Shown here in pieces: positions 12,037 through 26,088 of a stretch of 64,000 nucleotides of DNA. Within the stretch, counting starts at the first letter, position 1, and every line of letters begins with the position of its first letter. The stretch is from the NCBI GenBank assembly GCA_951406725.2, contig OX597821.1, positions 83,452,001 through 83,516,000 of the forward strand. The letters run 5' to 3'. The translations under genes and the position numbers were made by a program. The notes beneath the pieces are model-generated. The model searched no databases, was not told the DNA's origin, and saw only the letters and a list, made by a program, of their open reading frames with translations. The stretch is from Octopus vulgaris (taxonomy: Eukaryota).

Positions 12037-15000
12037 CTGCAATAATCAAATAAAATAGCAGTAACTAATCAATGGTCACTCAATGAAATTAAAGTTTGTA
12101 TATGCACATAGGAGAGTGTATATTTGTGTGTAGAAGAGAGAAGGAGTCTTAGTGAAATAGTTGACTATAAAACTGAATACTTTTTCATACTTAGTTTTAT
12201 CACTCTATGTTCTCTATGTTCTGAGTTCAAATTTTGATCAAGGCACCGTAACATTTTTTATGAATTGGCTTATATATTAATTATGTGAAGAGAGGTAGTA
12301 CTCATGACTTTTACAGGTCCTTCCAGACTAGTGAGATTGATATAGTTGATACACAGCCTAAATATCTGCACGTGATAAAGATCATAAGTGGCAAGGGAAC
12401 CAGAGGTCTAAACCAAATGCCACAATGGAGTAAATTCAACTCAAGTGTTAAAAAGGGCCAGATGTTGGTGCTAAAATCAGGTGGTGTGTTATACATATAT
12501 ACTACAAATTACCAGTCTTATGCTTATATAAGGAATCAATAAATAAAAATTGCATAAAAACAATTAAAAATAAGAGTATTTTTTTAATGTTTTGTAATTG
12601 CCATTCTATTAGAATATAAATGCTTATTGTACGATGAAATAAAACTGGAGAAAGCTGCATAGAGCAAAATGAGGAATCTAATGGTCAATGTTAATTTAAA
12701 TGTAGAGTTTACAGAAGCTTTTAATAAGTTTGATTGCCATAAAAGGTGAAGAATGTAACATTTGGGACTCCTGTCTTCTTTCTGGGGAAGACAGACAGAC
12801 ATGACAGGATGGTAAACAATGAAAAAAATTATTTCAATCCTTTTATTAATTACTAGCCTGGCATATCCATCCTACTAGTAGGGGGACTAGTAGATTACAC
12901 TGACCCCAGTGCTCAACTGGTACTTATTCTATTGACCCCAAAAGGGAGGAAGACAAAGTCAACCTCTGTGGAATTTCAACTCAGAATGTAGGCAGACAAA
13001 ACGCTGTTAGGCATTTTAAGCATTTTGTCCAGGATGCTAATGATTCTGCCACCTCGCAGCTGCCAGCTTGGAATATCAACATCATTCTCTCCTTCTCTCT
13101 GTCTCTCTTTCTTCCTTATTTGAGAAATGAAAAGCAGAAGCCAAAAACATTAATTTTTTCAGTCCTCATGGCAACTAAGCTTATGGAATTCTTAAAGAAA
13201 CTCTCATCACTGTATGGAGTTTACTTTGTAGCTTTATCCAACCCATGCAAAACACAGAACAAATGCCCCATAAATTTATGAAGGAACATTTTTAATTATG
13301 TTTTTCGGTCTTTTAAGCAATATTTTAATCACTGAGATTAACACTTACTCCTACCTCAACCCCTACTTCATCTAACTCAATGATACAAGGGGGAAGAGAA
13401 AACAGTTTGAACTGATGGTAGTGGCGATGGTAGTTGTAACAAAATTAATGGTAGGGATACTGGAGGGGATAGTGGTAGTGGTAATAGCTATGGTGCTAGT
13501 AGTGGCAGTGGTAAAATTGGTGGCAATGATGGTAGTGAAAATGCTTGTGATAGTGATATTAAGAATTTAGGGGGTGGTAGTGGTGGCAATGGTATTTGTG
13601 GCAATGGCTGAAATGGTAGTAGACTGTTGGTGGTAGCTGTGATAGTATGATGGTGTTGGTGGTGATGTTAGTGTGGTGGTGTGGTACTGATGGTGGAGGA
13701 AGAAGCAAAGGCAATAAAAATAACAATGTTGATGATGATGATGATGATGTCTCTCCATTGAAATTCATTAAATAAATAAAATAAAAGAAAAAAAAAGAAA
13801 AAATGAATGACAAGTGTCAGTGGTACCCTTTTTAAAGAGACTGACATTGTATTTTATCTCAACAAAGCCCTTTTCTACATGAACAGACTCCCTAAACAAA
13901 TGAGACTATTCAATGCTATCAATTGTCTAGAAGTGCTACAGAACAGTTCTAGTTCATTGTACAGTGGAGAAGAATGAACAGGGGATATTTCCCAAGCAAA
14001 AGAGAAAAATTCAAAACTAAGTGGCCTGTTTTTATTAATTCCACTTCTCATCCTTTTTCTCCCTGAAGAGAATCCTTAACAATTGAAACAATTATACTCC
14101 ACTTGAAAATTATTGTTAATTGTTTAAAAAGAAAAAGACATTTTTGAGTCTTTTCTGCTGTGGTAGCTGTAAAAGGGCTTCAAATAGAATATGTAAGAAG
14201 ATTGAGATGGATTTAGACTGTTTCTGGCTTTTTAATCTTGTTAGTATGTAGATATAGAATACCTTGTGCATTGATAAATGGACATGATTTATAGTAAAAA
14301 TATAAAATGTCTTATAAGATAATCAAAGTATGAATTAGCGAGATACAATTAAGCATTGGGTCGTTAATGTGTAAGGAAAATGTATAGAACATTTTCCCCC
14401 CTTTTAAGATAGTCAAAAATAATAACTGTTTGATAAATGGAAAATGTTATTATCATATTTTCTCTTTATTGAAGAGGTTCTTCATGTTACGAATAGCATA
14501 TTTCAGAATTTCACTTATTTCAAGTACAAATTAGATTTAAGATAGAAAAAAAATAAAATAAAACAAAATAAAAAATAGAAAATAAAAATTAAAATTAAAA
14601 AAACAAACAGATTTTTTTTTAAAATCACTCTTTGAACAAGATTAGACATAAAATTTAAATTAATATGAAAGTGAAAAACTAATTTAAGATAGTTCAAATA
14701 TCTGACTGACTTTTTAAAGAAATGAACTTTAAAACAAAGAAGATAAAAATGCTAAAAATAAAAAAAAGAAATAAATGAAACAACTTGAAATAAAAAATGA
14801 AAAATGTAAAATGTCTCTCAGGAAGAGGTTGATGCTAAATGTGATGAGAAGAGGAGCTATCAACTTGTTTTTCTGTCCCAATCAGGAATCTTTCCCCAAT
14901 TAATTCTCTATTATTTGTCTGGAGCTTTTAACATTCTTTCACTGCTAGCTTTGCACACAAAAGAGAGAAAGGAAACAAAAAAATAAATAAATAAAATTAG

Positions 15001-16091
15001 AAGACAAATCCCCAAAAAAAAAAAAAAAGATATATGGTTTCAGTGATAGAATTTAAAACTGCTATAAAATGAAATCAATGATAAAGTATAATGTATCTCT
15101 TTTTATTTTTTTCTTTAGTAGATGAAAGAAGATAAATCTTTATGAGGCTCTAATAGTTGTCTAGTTTTTCTTTGTCTAGTTTGGAGATATAACACACAGA
15201 CTGTGTGCAACTGAGAGAACAGCAGAGTACAATGACAATGGGGGGTTAGGCTACAACTGTCATCAACTTAAAAATTAATAAATGTCACTGTTTTTAATGG
15301 TACTTTGCAAGACAGGGAACCAGTCCATAACAGTTGAACCTAACAAATCAATAACTGATTCTCTATCTAGACAGGAGGAACATTACAGCTGTTTTTAGCT
15401 CTCCAACAAATGGGATCCTCTCTCCTTTCTTTTGTTTGTTCTAGTATATATAAATAAATAAGACAGTAGCATTGTTTAAATTGTTATTTTTTTATCATTT
15501 TTTTTTTGTTACTTGCATTCATAAAATGTTAAGGAAATATAGGCATAGATGTGGCTGAGTAGTAAGAAGTTTGCTTCCCAACTACATGGTTCCAGGTTCA
15601 GTCTCACTGCATGGTACTTTAGGCATGTGTCTTTTACAATATCCCTGGGCCGGCCAAAGCCTTGTGGGAGGAATTAGTAGACAGACACTGAAAGAAACTC
15701 ATCATATATGTATAGATGTGTGGGTGTGTGTTTGTTTCCTACCACTGCTTGATAACTAGTATTGGTTTGTCTATGTCCCTGTAACTTAGCAGTTCAGCAA
15801 AAGACACTGATAGAATAAGTATCACACTTTTAAAAAAAACATAAGCACTAGGGCTGATTTGTTCAACTAAAACCCTTCATGGTGATGCCCCAGCATGGCT
15901 GCAGTCCAATGACTGAAGCAAGTAAAAGGTAAACAGAAGGAACTCCCAACTCTTCAAGTTTCTGGACTATAACAGTTAATATTAGCTATAGTTTTCTTTA
16001 ATGATAGAACAAATAACATATATCCTAAGAAACTTAATTTTCACACCATTTGTATTAATAATAAACTATTTCTGCATTCTGTTTCTTCTAA

Positions 16092-16510
16092 AGTAGGAGT
16101 GGCTGGGTGATAAGTAGCTTGCTTGTGAACTACATGGTTCCGGTTCAGTCCCACTGCATTGCACCTTGGGCAAGTGTCTTCTACTAAAGCCTCGGGCTGA
16201 CCAAAGCCTTGTGAGTGGATTTGGTAGACAGAAACTGAAAGAAGCCAAATCGTATATATGCATATGTATATATATATATATATGCATGTGTGTGTATATG
16301 TTTGTGTGTCTGTGCTTGTCCCCCCCACCCACCATTGCTTGACAACTGATGTTGGTGTGTTTATGTCCCCAAAACTTAGCAGTTCGGCAAAAGAGACCGA
16401 TAGAATAAGTACTAGGCTTACAAAGAATAAGTCCCGGGGTCGATTTGCTCGACTAAAGGCGGTGCTCCAGCATGGCCGCAGTCAAATGACTGAAACAAGT
16501 AAAAGAGTAA
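16092..16510 (+). mobile_element. tRNA-head SINE with CORE-like domain (family A), representative full-length copy
   Basis: A-box-like TGGCTG(T/G)GTG(G/A)TAAG, B-box-like GGTTCAGTCCC, CORE-like CACCTTGGGCAAGTG, internal TA/TG microsatellite and AAAAGAGTA tail. Many other copies, e.g. 15540-15930, 21376-21795, 23240-23715, 29687-30070 (+) and 42245-42650, 57299-57688 (-). Confidence 0.9.
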
Positions 16511-17091
16511 AGTCAGCCACCATCATTGTTTTAGCATCCACTTTTCCAAACTTTCTAATGGATGAGATGAGACTTGTGATAGTGTATATGCTGGTTGGTA
16601 GGTTAGACAAAACTTGTGACGGCTGGATGTTCATCCTGTTGCCAAACTTCATCTGTTTCCAAGTATAATATATTTCTTCTGATCCTTTCAACATGAACAA
16701 TTCATTAGTTGGACATATTTTCACAGATTACAGAGAACTGACACCATTTTTTTTTTTTTTACAAACAGCTTTATGAACATTTTATAATTAGCTTCCAAAT
16801 AACACACACACACACACACACACACAAACAAACAATGGACAGTTACCAAATTCATTTCCAAGACATTGGTCAGCCTGGGGCTATAGCAGAGCATATTCAT
16901 CCAAAGTCTCAACTCACACACACACACACACACACACACAATGAGCATCTACCAAACCCACTCACAATGCTTTTATTGGCTTGAGGCTATAGTAGAAGAC
17001 ACTTGCCCAAAATTCCTTGTGGTAAGACTGTTTCAAGATAGTTTCCTTATATCAAACAACTCAATGTTCAGGCTTAAGTCTACTAAAACAT

Positions 17092-17131
<40 letters not shown>

Positions 17132-17780
17132 ACATACATACATACATACATACATACATACATACATACATACATACATACATACATACATACATACATA
17201 CATACATACACATACATACATACATATCATATATATACTTTTAAATATATATATATATATATTTTTTTTTTCAATGGATGAATGTCCTTTAATTGGAGTA
17301 ATTTCCAAAGATTTCTAACATTGTTTCTTCATAGTCTACTACTGAATTTATTAATGTAAATTTGTATAGGTATGAAAACTTAATATAGAAGTAATCAGTA
17401 GATGATGAAACTTATTAAACACAGTTCAACGAATTCGTTCCTATTTATGCAATGAAGGAGATTAGATGCTAAAATGGATTATAGTTTTTATTATTCATGT
17501 TGCTGTACAATTTGTTTCATATAAAAGGACTCAGATATTCATAATAGAAAATCGGAAAAGTCAAATTTGTACTTGTCAGTAGCTAGGATAAAAACTAAAA
17601 AAGACGTCAGAAGTACATAGATTTTCCTTTAGTAATCACATTGTAATAATTTGTTCTTGGAGTCATGCCTATTTTAAACAAAACTAAAAAATAGATAAAT
17701 TGGGTACTTATATATGTAATATTAAAAAAAACTGACATTCTCTCTATGACTTTCTATATGTGTGTCTATATCTATATATA

Positions 17781-18009
17781 AGGCGGCAAGCTGGCAGAAA
17801 CATTAGCACGGTGGGCAAAATGCTTAGCGGTATTTCGTCTGTCGTTATGTTCCGAGTTCAAATTCCACCGAGGTCGACTTTGCCTTTCATCCTTTCAGGG
17901 TCGATAAATTAAGTACCAGTTACGCACTGGGGGGTCGATGTAATCGACTTAATCCCTTTGTCTGTCCTTGTTTGTCTCCTCTGTGTTTAGCCCCTTGTGG
18001 GTAGTAAAG

Positions 18010-18012
<3 letters not shown>
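17781..18012 (+). mobile_element. SINE family B (Meta-domain-like core), representative copy
   Basis: GGCGGCAAGCTGGCAGAAAC...GAGTTCAAATTCC...GCCTTTCATCCTTTCAGGGTCGATAAATTAAGTACCAG. Further copies at 11632-11847, 20667-20895, 22342-22640 (+) and a cluster at 49920-51025 (-). Confidence 0.85.
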
Positions 18013-18050
<38 letters not shown>

Positions 18051-18149
18051 TATAAATGAAAAGAATGGAGTCAAACGAAGATTTTAACAAAATTCCTACC
18101 CAGGTATTGATTAACCGAATTATCCATACTAGGATAATTCATTCACCTA

Positions 18150-18185
<36 letters not shown>

Positions 18186-18860
18186 CAATGTTCTTCACAA
18201 TTAGTAATACTGCTAAGTGTAGTAGTTACTTAACCACTTATACTTGAAGTAGATTTGGTTGTGATAATCTACATGGACCTCTAAGCACAACAGTAGCAGT
18301 TGTACATCTAATTGCACATGCAAAATATACTATGAATATATCACATGACTGTGATCACATGATCATCCAGACTATTGGATGTCATGACACAACAGTGGTC
18401 ACAATGTGCTTTGCATCATTTTAGCCTTTGAAGGATGCTAACCTGCTGGTTGGGTGAACAAGCCAACATTCCACACTGATTGAAAGGGGTGACTGGAGCA
18501 ACATGAAATGAAGTGCTTTGCTCAGGAACACAATATGCCACCTGGTCAGGGAGTTGAACCCATGATCTAGTGATCATGAATGCAACATCCTCTTCACTAG
18601 GCCATGCACCTTCACACACAATATGTGTGTATGCATTTAAGTGTGTGTGTGTATGTGTGTATATGGTGCTGGCTCCACTTAAGAAGTAGCCAGTACAGTC
18701 TGTAAAGTAGTTGGATTTAAGAAGGGCATCCAGTTATAGAAACCTTGCCAAAAACAGACAATGGTGTGGTTCCTGGCCTTCCCACCTCTTGCAAAACCAT
18801 CTTTTCCATGCCAACACAGAAAATGGATGTTAAATGAGGATGATGATGATAATGATGATT

Positions 18861-18892
<32 letters not shown>

Positions 18893-19106
18893 GTATATAT
18901 ATATCTACTAGAAACACTGCCAGATTTGACTGGGCCTGATGAAGCCTTCTGGCTTCACAGACCCCAGTAGAACCGTCCAACCCATGCTAGCATGGAAAAC
19001 GGACACTAAACGATGATGATGATGATGATGATGTATGTATATACCTATATGCATGCATGCATGCATGCATCCATCCATACACACACACACACACACACAT
19101 ACATAC

Positions 19107-20612
19107 AAGCTCTCAGTAAGGTGAGGGTTGGCAATGAGTATAGTGAAGAATTCAGGGTACAAGTAGGGGTTCACTAAGGATCAGTCCTCATCCTCCTCTT
19201 ATTCATTATAGTCCTCCAGGCAATAACAGAGTAATTCAAGACAGGCTGCCCCTGGGAATTACTCTATGCTGATGACCTTGCTCTAATAGTTGAGTGACTA
19301 CCAGAACTAGAGAAGTTTCAGGTGTGGAAGCAAGGTCTAGAATCGAAGGGTCTTAGAGTCAATCTAGCAAAAACCAAAGTCTTAATAAGTAGAAAGACAC
19401 ACAAATCACAAATCTCTTCAGGTAGATGGCACTGCTCAATCTGTAGAAACGGCATAGGTAGAAACTCCATAAGATGTATCCAGTGTAAGTTATGGGTACA
19501 TAAGAGGTGCAGCAATATCAAAGGAAGGTTAACTGGGAAGATAGTTTTTGTCAGTGACAGATGCACAGGTACAATAAGCACCAAAGATGTACAGAAAACG
19601 GATTTCATAACATGCCAAGCGGAAAAACTAGAAGTAGTTGATAGCTTCCGTTACCTAGGTGACCAAGTCAGTAGCAGGGGTGGATGCCCTGAGAGTGTAA
19701 CTTCTGGAATAAGAATAGCCTAGGCAAAGTTCAGAGAACTCCTATCTCTGCTGGTAACAAATGGCCTCTCACTCAGAGTGAAAGGTAGACTGCAAAGTGA
19801 ATGCATGCAAACAGCCATGGTATATGGCAGTGAAACATGGACTGTGACTGAGGACATGCATAGGCTTAAAAGAAATGAAGCTAATATGCTCTGCTAGATG
19901 TGTAATGTCAATGTGCAAACATGACAGAGTGTAAGCGCCCTGAGAGAAAAGTTGGACATAAGAAGCATCAGATGTGGTATGCAAGAGATGACTGCACTGG
20001 TATGGTCATGTGTTGCGTATAGATGAGTACAGTTATGTGAAAAAGTGTCACACCCTAGCAGTAGAGGGAACCTGTGGAAGAGGTAGACCTAGGAAGACAT
20101 GGGATGAGGTGGTGAAGCATGACCTTTGAACGTTGGGCCTCACAGAGGCAATGAGAAGCAACTGAAAGCTCTGGAGATATGTTGTGCTTGAGAGGACCAA
20201 CAAGCCAAGGGAGATTGTAGCTGTGACTGATGCAAGTGTCACATAACTGGCCAGTTTAAAAAGTACCCTTCAATCGTTGGGCAATATGCTGTGCTTGAGA
20301 AGTCCTGGTGAGTCAAGTGAAATCTTAGTAGTGGCCAATGCCAGTGCCACCTTGACTGGCACCTGTGCCAGTGACACATAGAAAGCACCATTTGAGCATG
20401 ATCAATACCAGTGCCACTTGGCTGGCTCCCATGCTGGTGGCAGGTAAAAAGCACCCACTACACTCTTGGAGTGGTTGGTGTTAGGAAGGGCATCCAGGTG
20501 TAGAAACACTGCCAGATCAGACTGGAGCCTTGTGCAGCCTCCTGGCTCACAAGTCAAGCTGTCCAACCTATGCCAGCATGGAAAGCAGACATTAAACAAT
20601 GATGATGATGAT
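19107..20612 (+). mobile_element. 5'-truncated RTE LINE: RT core, PHD-like finger, 3'UTR and (GAT)n tail
   Basis: SKVRVGNEYSEEFRVQVGVH*GSVL..WELLYADDLALI..GLRVNLAKTKVL..CSICRNGIGRNSIRCIQCKLWVHKRC..FRYLG..GRGRPRKTW. Several stops and frameshifts. Confidence 0.95.
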
Positions 20613-20924
20613 AAGATGTGTGTGTGTGTATGTGTTTGTGTACATATATATAGTAATAATATATATGCCGGCGAGCTGGCAGAAACGTTAGCACGCCGAG
20701 CGAAATGCGTAGCCGTATTTTGTCTGCAGTTACGTTCTGGGTTCAAATTCCGCCGAGGTCGACTTTGCCTTTCATCCTTACGGGGTCGATAAATTAAGTA
20801 CCAGTTTCGCACTGGGGTTGATGTAATCGACTTAATCCGTTTGTCTGTCCTCGTTTGTCCCCTCTGTGTTTAGCCCCTTGTGGGTAGTAAAGAAATATAT
20901 ATAGTAATAATAAGAATAATCCCA

Positions 20925-21181
20925 GAATGAGATTTATAAATGTATTTAATGCATCGCTACATACGTTTCCACAAATCGCATGTCTCTTATGAGTAGTCTA
21001 TATTGCTGGGATTATTACAGTGTAATCTGAATAATGAATCCATGAAGATGATCTACCCAATGCCCACAGATACTACAGACTACACTGTAATCATTCCAGG
21101 AATACTGACTGTGATCTTAAGAGACAACGTGGTTTGTGGAAACACGTGTAGTGATGCATTAAATGTTTATAAATTCCATTC
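20925..21181. mobile_element. Fold-back element with ~60-bp imperfect inverted arms
   Basis: ATTTATAAATGTATTTAATGCATCGCTACATACGTTTCCACAAATC is mirrored by GGTTTGTGGAAACACGTGTAGTGATGCATTAAATGTTTATAAAT. Flanked by AAT/ATT repeats. Confidence 0.65.
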
Positions 21182-21833
21182 AAGGATTATTATTATTATT
21201 ATTATTATATTTATCCTATATTATGTCAGTACAGCTTGAGGCAACCCAAAAACCTGGTTCACCAGTCAGCATCATTAGACTGTGGCTGGCATAATGGAAT
21301 AGGAGTATTATTTGCATATTCAAAACATTTCTCATAAACAAATTTGATATATATATTCATACACACATACACATACGCAGGAGTAGCTGTGTGGTAAGTA
21401 GCTTGTTTACCAACCACATGGTTCCGGGTTCAGTCCCACTGCGTGGCACCTTGGGCAAATGTCTTCTACTATAGCCTCGGGCCGACCAAAGCCTTGTGAG
21501 TGGATTTGGTAGACGGAATCTGAAAGAAGCCCGTCGTATATATATGTGTACATATATATATATGTGTGTGTGTGTGTTTGTGTGTCTGTGTTTGTCCCCC
21601 TAGCATTGCTTGACAACCGATGCTGGTGTGTTTATGTCCCCTATGTCCCCGTTACTTAGCGGTTCGGCAAAATAGGCCGATAGAATAAGTACTGGGCTTA
21701 CAAACGAATAAGTCCCGGGGTCGAGTTTCTCGATTAAAGGTGATGCTCCAGCATGGCCGCAGTCAAATGACTGAAACAAGTAAAAGAGAAAAAGAAATAC
21801 ATGCATATATATGTACATATACATGTATATATA

Positions 21834-21877
<44 letters not shown>

Positions 21878-23407
21878 TATATGTATAGACACACAAACAA
21901 ATATCTGCATACACACACTCACATATACATCTGCATACGTGAGTGTTTGTTTATATATGTATGTATATACACAAATACATATAAACATACAAAGTAACCA
22001 AACCCATCAATCATAAATGAATATGACCTGGTAGCATTTACCATGTGTTCACTGTTTTCCCACTTGCCCCCCATCACCACCACTCCTCTGTTAAGCTTCA
22101 TCTTAACACCTTGCATATAGGCTATCATTCCCAGCACCCTCTCATGTTTGCCACCACACCCATTCACCATGCCTACCCTTTATGTACTTCTACATTTCCC
22201 TGCCCATTGCTTTTATGCCTACCTCCTGAACTACCATCCCTAAGCCACTCCTATCTCTCTCCTCTGCTCATACTGATAATCCCCATCAAACAGCACATCC
22301 ACTCCTGTCATCACTCACTACAATCACTTCTACTCCCATCTAGGCAGTGAGCTGGCAGAAACGTTAGCGCGAAGGGCGAAATACGTAGCTGTATTTCGTC
22401 TGCCGTTACGTTTTGAGTTCAAATTCTGCTGAGGTCAACTTTGCCTTTCATCCTTTTGGGGTCGATAAATTAAGTACCAGTTATACACTGTGTCGATAAA
22501 TTAAGTACCAGTTACGCACTGGGGTCGATAAATTAAGTACCAGTTACGCACTAGGGTCGATGTAATCGACTTAATCCCTTTGTCTGCCCTTGTTTGTTCC
22601 CTCTGTGTTTAGCCACTTGTGGGTAGTAAAGAAATAGGTATTCTTCCTTCACACTCTCTAACTGCCAATCCACTGCTGACCCACTGCCTGTATCATCTCT
22701 TGCTTCTTGAGGGTTTTTCTCTGGCACCCTATCACTACCACTTTAGCTTTACCCAGATATTCCCGCCCACCTTTATATGAATGTGAGGTAACCATGTATC
22801 TTCTCTGTAGCAAGACACCTATAACTCTGCTAGTCACTGGCATAAAATCACCATTCCACCCTCTCAAATACTCACCTCACTTAGTTAAAACGGCTTTTTT
22901 TTGTTTATCCCTATTGTTGTTCTTTCTTTTCTTACAAATTATTTAGCAACCCCTCTAGTATTGAAGGCACAAAACAGTCCTCAGTAGACACTGAAAAGTG
23001 ATTGGCATTAGGAAGGACATCCAGCCATATAAACCATGCCAAAACTGACATGGAACACAATGCAGCCCTGTGGCTTACTGGATCCTGTCAAAATGTCCAA
23101 CCCTAACCCTATTGGAAAATGGGCGTTAAATGATGATGATCATCATAATGATAATATATTACTTTCCTAGGTCTATTTTTCAGCTTGGTTTATTTTTAAA
23201 TTTGGGTGTATAATATTTTGTATAAAATGTCACTGTTGGCGTAAGAGTGGCCGTGGTACATAGCTTGCTTATGAACCAAATGGTCTGGGTTCAGTCTCAC
23301 TGCGTGGCACCTTGGGCAAGTGTCTGCTACTATAGCCTCGGGTTCACCAAAGCCTTGTGAGTGGATTTGATAGACGGAAACTAAAAGAAGCCAGTCGTAT
23401 GTATGTA

Positions 23408-23494
<87 letters not shown>

Positions 23495-26050
23495 ATGTAT
23501 ATGTTTGTGTGTCTATGTTTGTCCCCCCAACATTGCTTGACAACCGATGCTGGTATGTTTACGCCCTCGTAACTTTAGCGGTTCAGCAAAAGCAACCAAT
23601 AGAATAAGTACTAGGTTTACAAAGAATAAGTCCCGGGGTTGATTTGCTCGATTAAAGGTGGTGCTCCAGCATGGCTAGAGTCAAATGACTGAAACAAGTA
23701 AAAGAGTAAAGAGTTGGCCACGTACTGCTATAGTAGCAAGTGGGCTTATCAAAAATTTCTTTAGAGGAAAAGTTACAGATCCTACGACTAATGTTAGCTA
23801 TTAGGTTTTTAGTGATAATAGAGGAATGACAAGGTTGTACATATAGCTAAGTTTCTCATTTGGTTTGATGGCAGAGATCAAGTTACTAATGCAGGTAAAC
23901 AATTTTAGCTCTGATAGATAAACATTTCCCTGATAGCCATAGATATAGCAAAATTTTCAACAGATATTCCATAAAAGTTTGCTATAGCTGCAGCCCTAAT
24001 ATGAAAAACATCATTTCATGTAAGCTAACCAAGATGCATATTTTTGACTACAACTGCAGGAATCAAGATACCACATCCTGGGTGAGAGGGAAAACTTTAT
24101 ATGGATAATAGAAACAGAAGGGGCAGTGAGGCAGGTGATAGATGCATCTGTACAGTTAAATATTAACTTTAAAAACACTTAAAAAATAATGAATATCATA
24201 TCATGATAAACTGCTTGTTAGCCATAATCATAACTACAACGACAACCACAATAACAAAAACAACAAGAAACTTCAAAGTATAAATAAGTAAATAAACTGA
24301 ACCAAATATATATCAGTTATGCATTTGAATTATAAGCCATAAACAAAAGTATAATTTAGAAGACATTGTCTAGATTTGTGAGTATTTCCTTGCATGCAAT
24401 AAATAGACACCGTCCATGTAGTATTAAGTAACTTCCTGAACTACATGCATATAAATATCTATAGCTACATGTGATGAACTTAATTTTGATGAATCATGAG
24501 CTGAGGAAGTGCTGAGAAAGTGTTAACGAAAGAGGTAGGGGGCAATGATTAAAAAGTACGAGCAGCATAGTTCTTGGGTTTAAGGGTGGCAAGCTTGTCC
24601 TTGTTGAAGTTCTACATGACAAGGGGAAATCTAAATACCCACAACATTTCTGTCATTCAATTAAAAATGAAAAATGTTAAAATAACAATAAAAACTCTTT
24701 TTTTTTTTTTTACAGAGGAATAATACTTTCAACTGCAAACATTAAACAAACAAGAAATGTTGGAGAGAGAAATGGTTGAAAGTTACATGATATATTCTTA
24801 GTGATATCAGTAGCATGAGAAGAGTGATTTGTTCCAACTGAAAATTGAAACAGACTTTTAAACTCAAGTGAGCTAAGAATTTACATGTTACTCTTGAGCA
24901 TTTGACAGTAAAAATATTTTGACTTATTGTATATATTTTAATAAACTAAAATGATAGTGTGACTATTTTCTGTGTTTGTGAAGACTGATTGTGAAAATGT
25001 ATACAGCTTCAGATGACTTGAGGACAGACATCATGTTAGTAAATTTACATCACTGTCTGACATTGTATATAAAAAAAAAACAAAAAAAAAACAGAGCTGG
25101 TGACTCATACATGACCCAAGCTGCAGTAGAAAAGTAGACTATAAAAAGGAAAAGCTTTTTAAGTAGATTTTGCTATCAAAGCAATTTTATTTTCTACTTC
25201 ATCAGATTCCTTTTAGAGTGAAAGATCAAACAGAGACAACTGTGTTATAATGTGTATGGACTGACATCAAACTCCACACAAAGACTTGGCAACTCAGAAG
25301 AAACAACCATGATTAGTAACTGCAAGGTTGTTGTTTCAATCCTTTTAGGTGATAAGAATTAATGACTTGCTTTGCTGGAAGGCAAATAAAGGCGAGAACA
25401 GAATGGATTTCTAACATGTTAATGTTTTCCAGTAGCAGCCTCATCAGTGTTTAAAAGCAAATATCATAGAACGGGTTAAATTACTAATTAGACTGTGAAT
25501 TATATCATTACTACTCACACTTACGTCATCCACATTTTCAGATTGGGTTTTTATTAACATATGGGTTTGATAGGTCAGCAAATTATTGTTTCTCCAGTTT
25601 TACCCTGTAACTCACAGTTTACTATAAGCATTTTAATGAAGTGAAATTCAGTTCATTTATAAATTCTGACTGGTTTACCACAACTGTAACAGCTATACTG
25701 CCAGTACACAGTCATACAAGCTAGAATCAATCAAAGAGTTGTTTATTCATCATCAATAGGCATCATAAATCATTTAAATTCAGCTTCAAGTATGGTTCAA
25801 GTATGGTTAAGAAAATGCTCTTGTGTCATACTCCTGGAAAGTGTATTCTAATTGCATTTATTTTTTATCTTTAAGCTTTTACTGGGGCACCACCTTGAAG
25901 GGTTTAGCCAAAAAAATTGATGTCAATGCTTACTTTTTAAGTCAAGTAATTGTTCATTCAACCTCTTTTGGAAAACCACAAAGTTACTGAGGCATAAACA
26001 AACCAACACCTGTTGCCAAATTGTGGAGGGGAGACAAACACACACACATA

Positions 26051-26087
<37 letters not shown>

Positions 26088-26088
26088 G

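Noticed and set aside
13400-13750. His/Thr-rich ORFs
   Set aside because: Degenerate GGT/GAT trinucleotide low-complexity tract.
14910-14948. Possible minus-strand terminal exon (SSERMLKAPDK*) after a polypyrimidine tract
   Set aside because: Requires a weak donor (gtactt) at 24559; the in-exon stop at 24549 is simpler. Not excluded as an alternative last exon.
21376-21450. tRNA-like sequence with A and B boxes
   Set aside because: Head of a high-copy SINE that continues into the SINE body; no proper cloverleaf.
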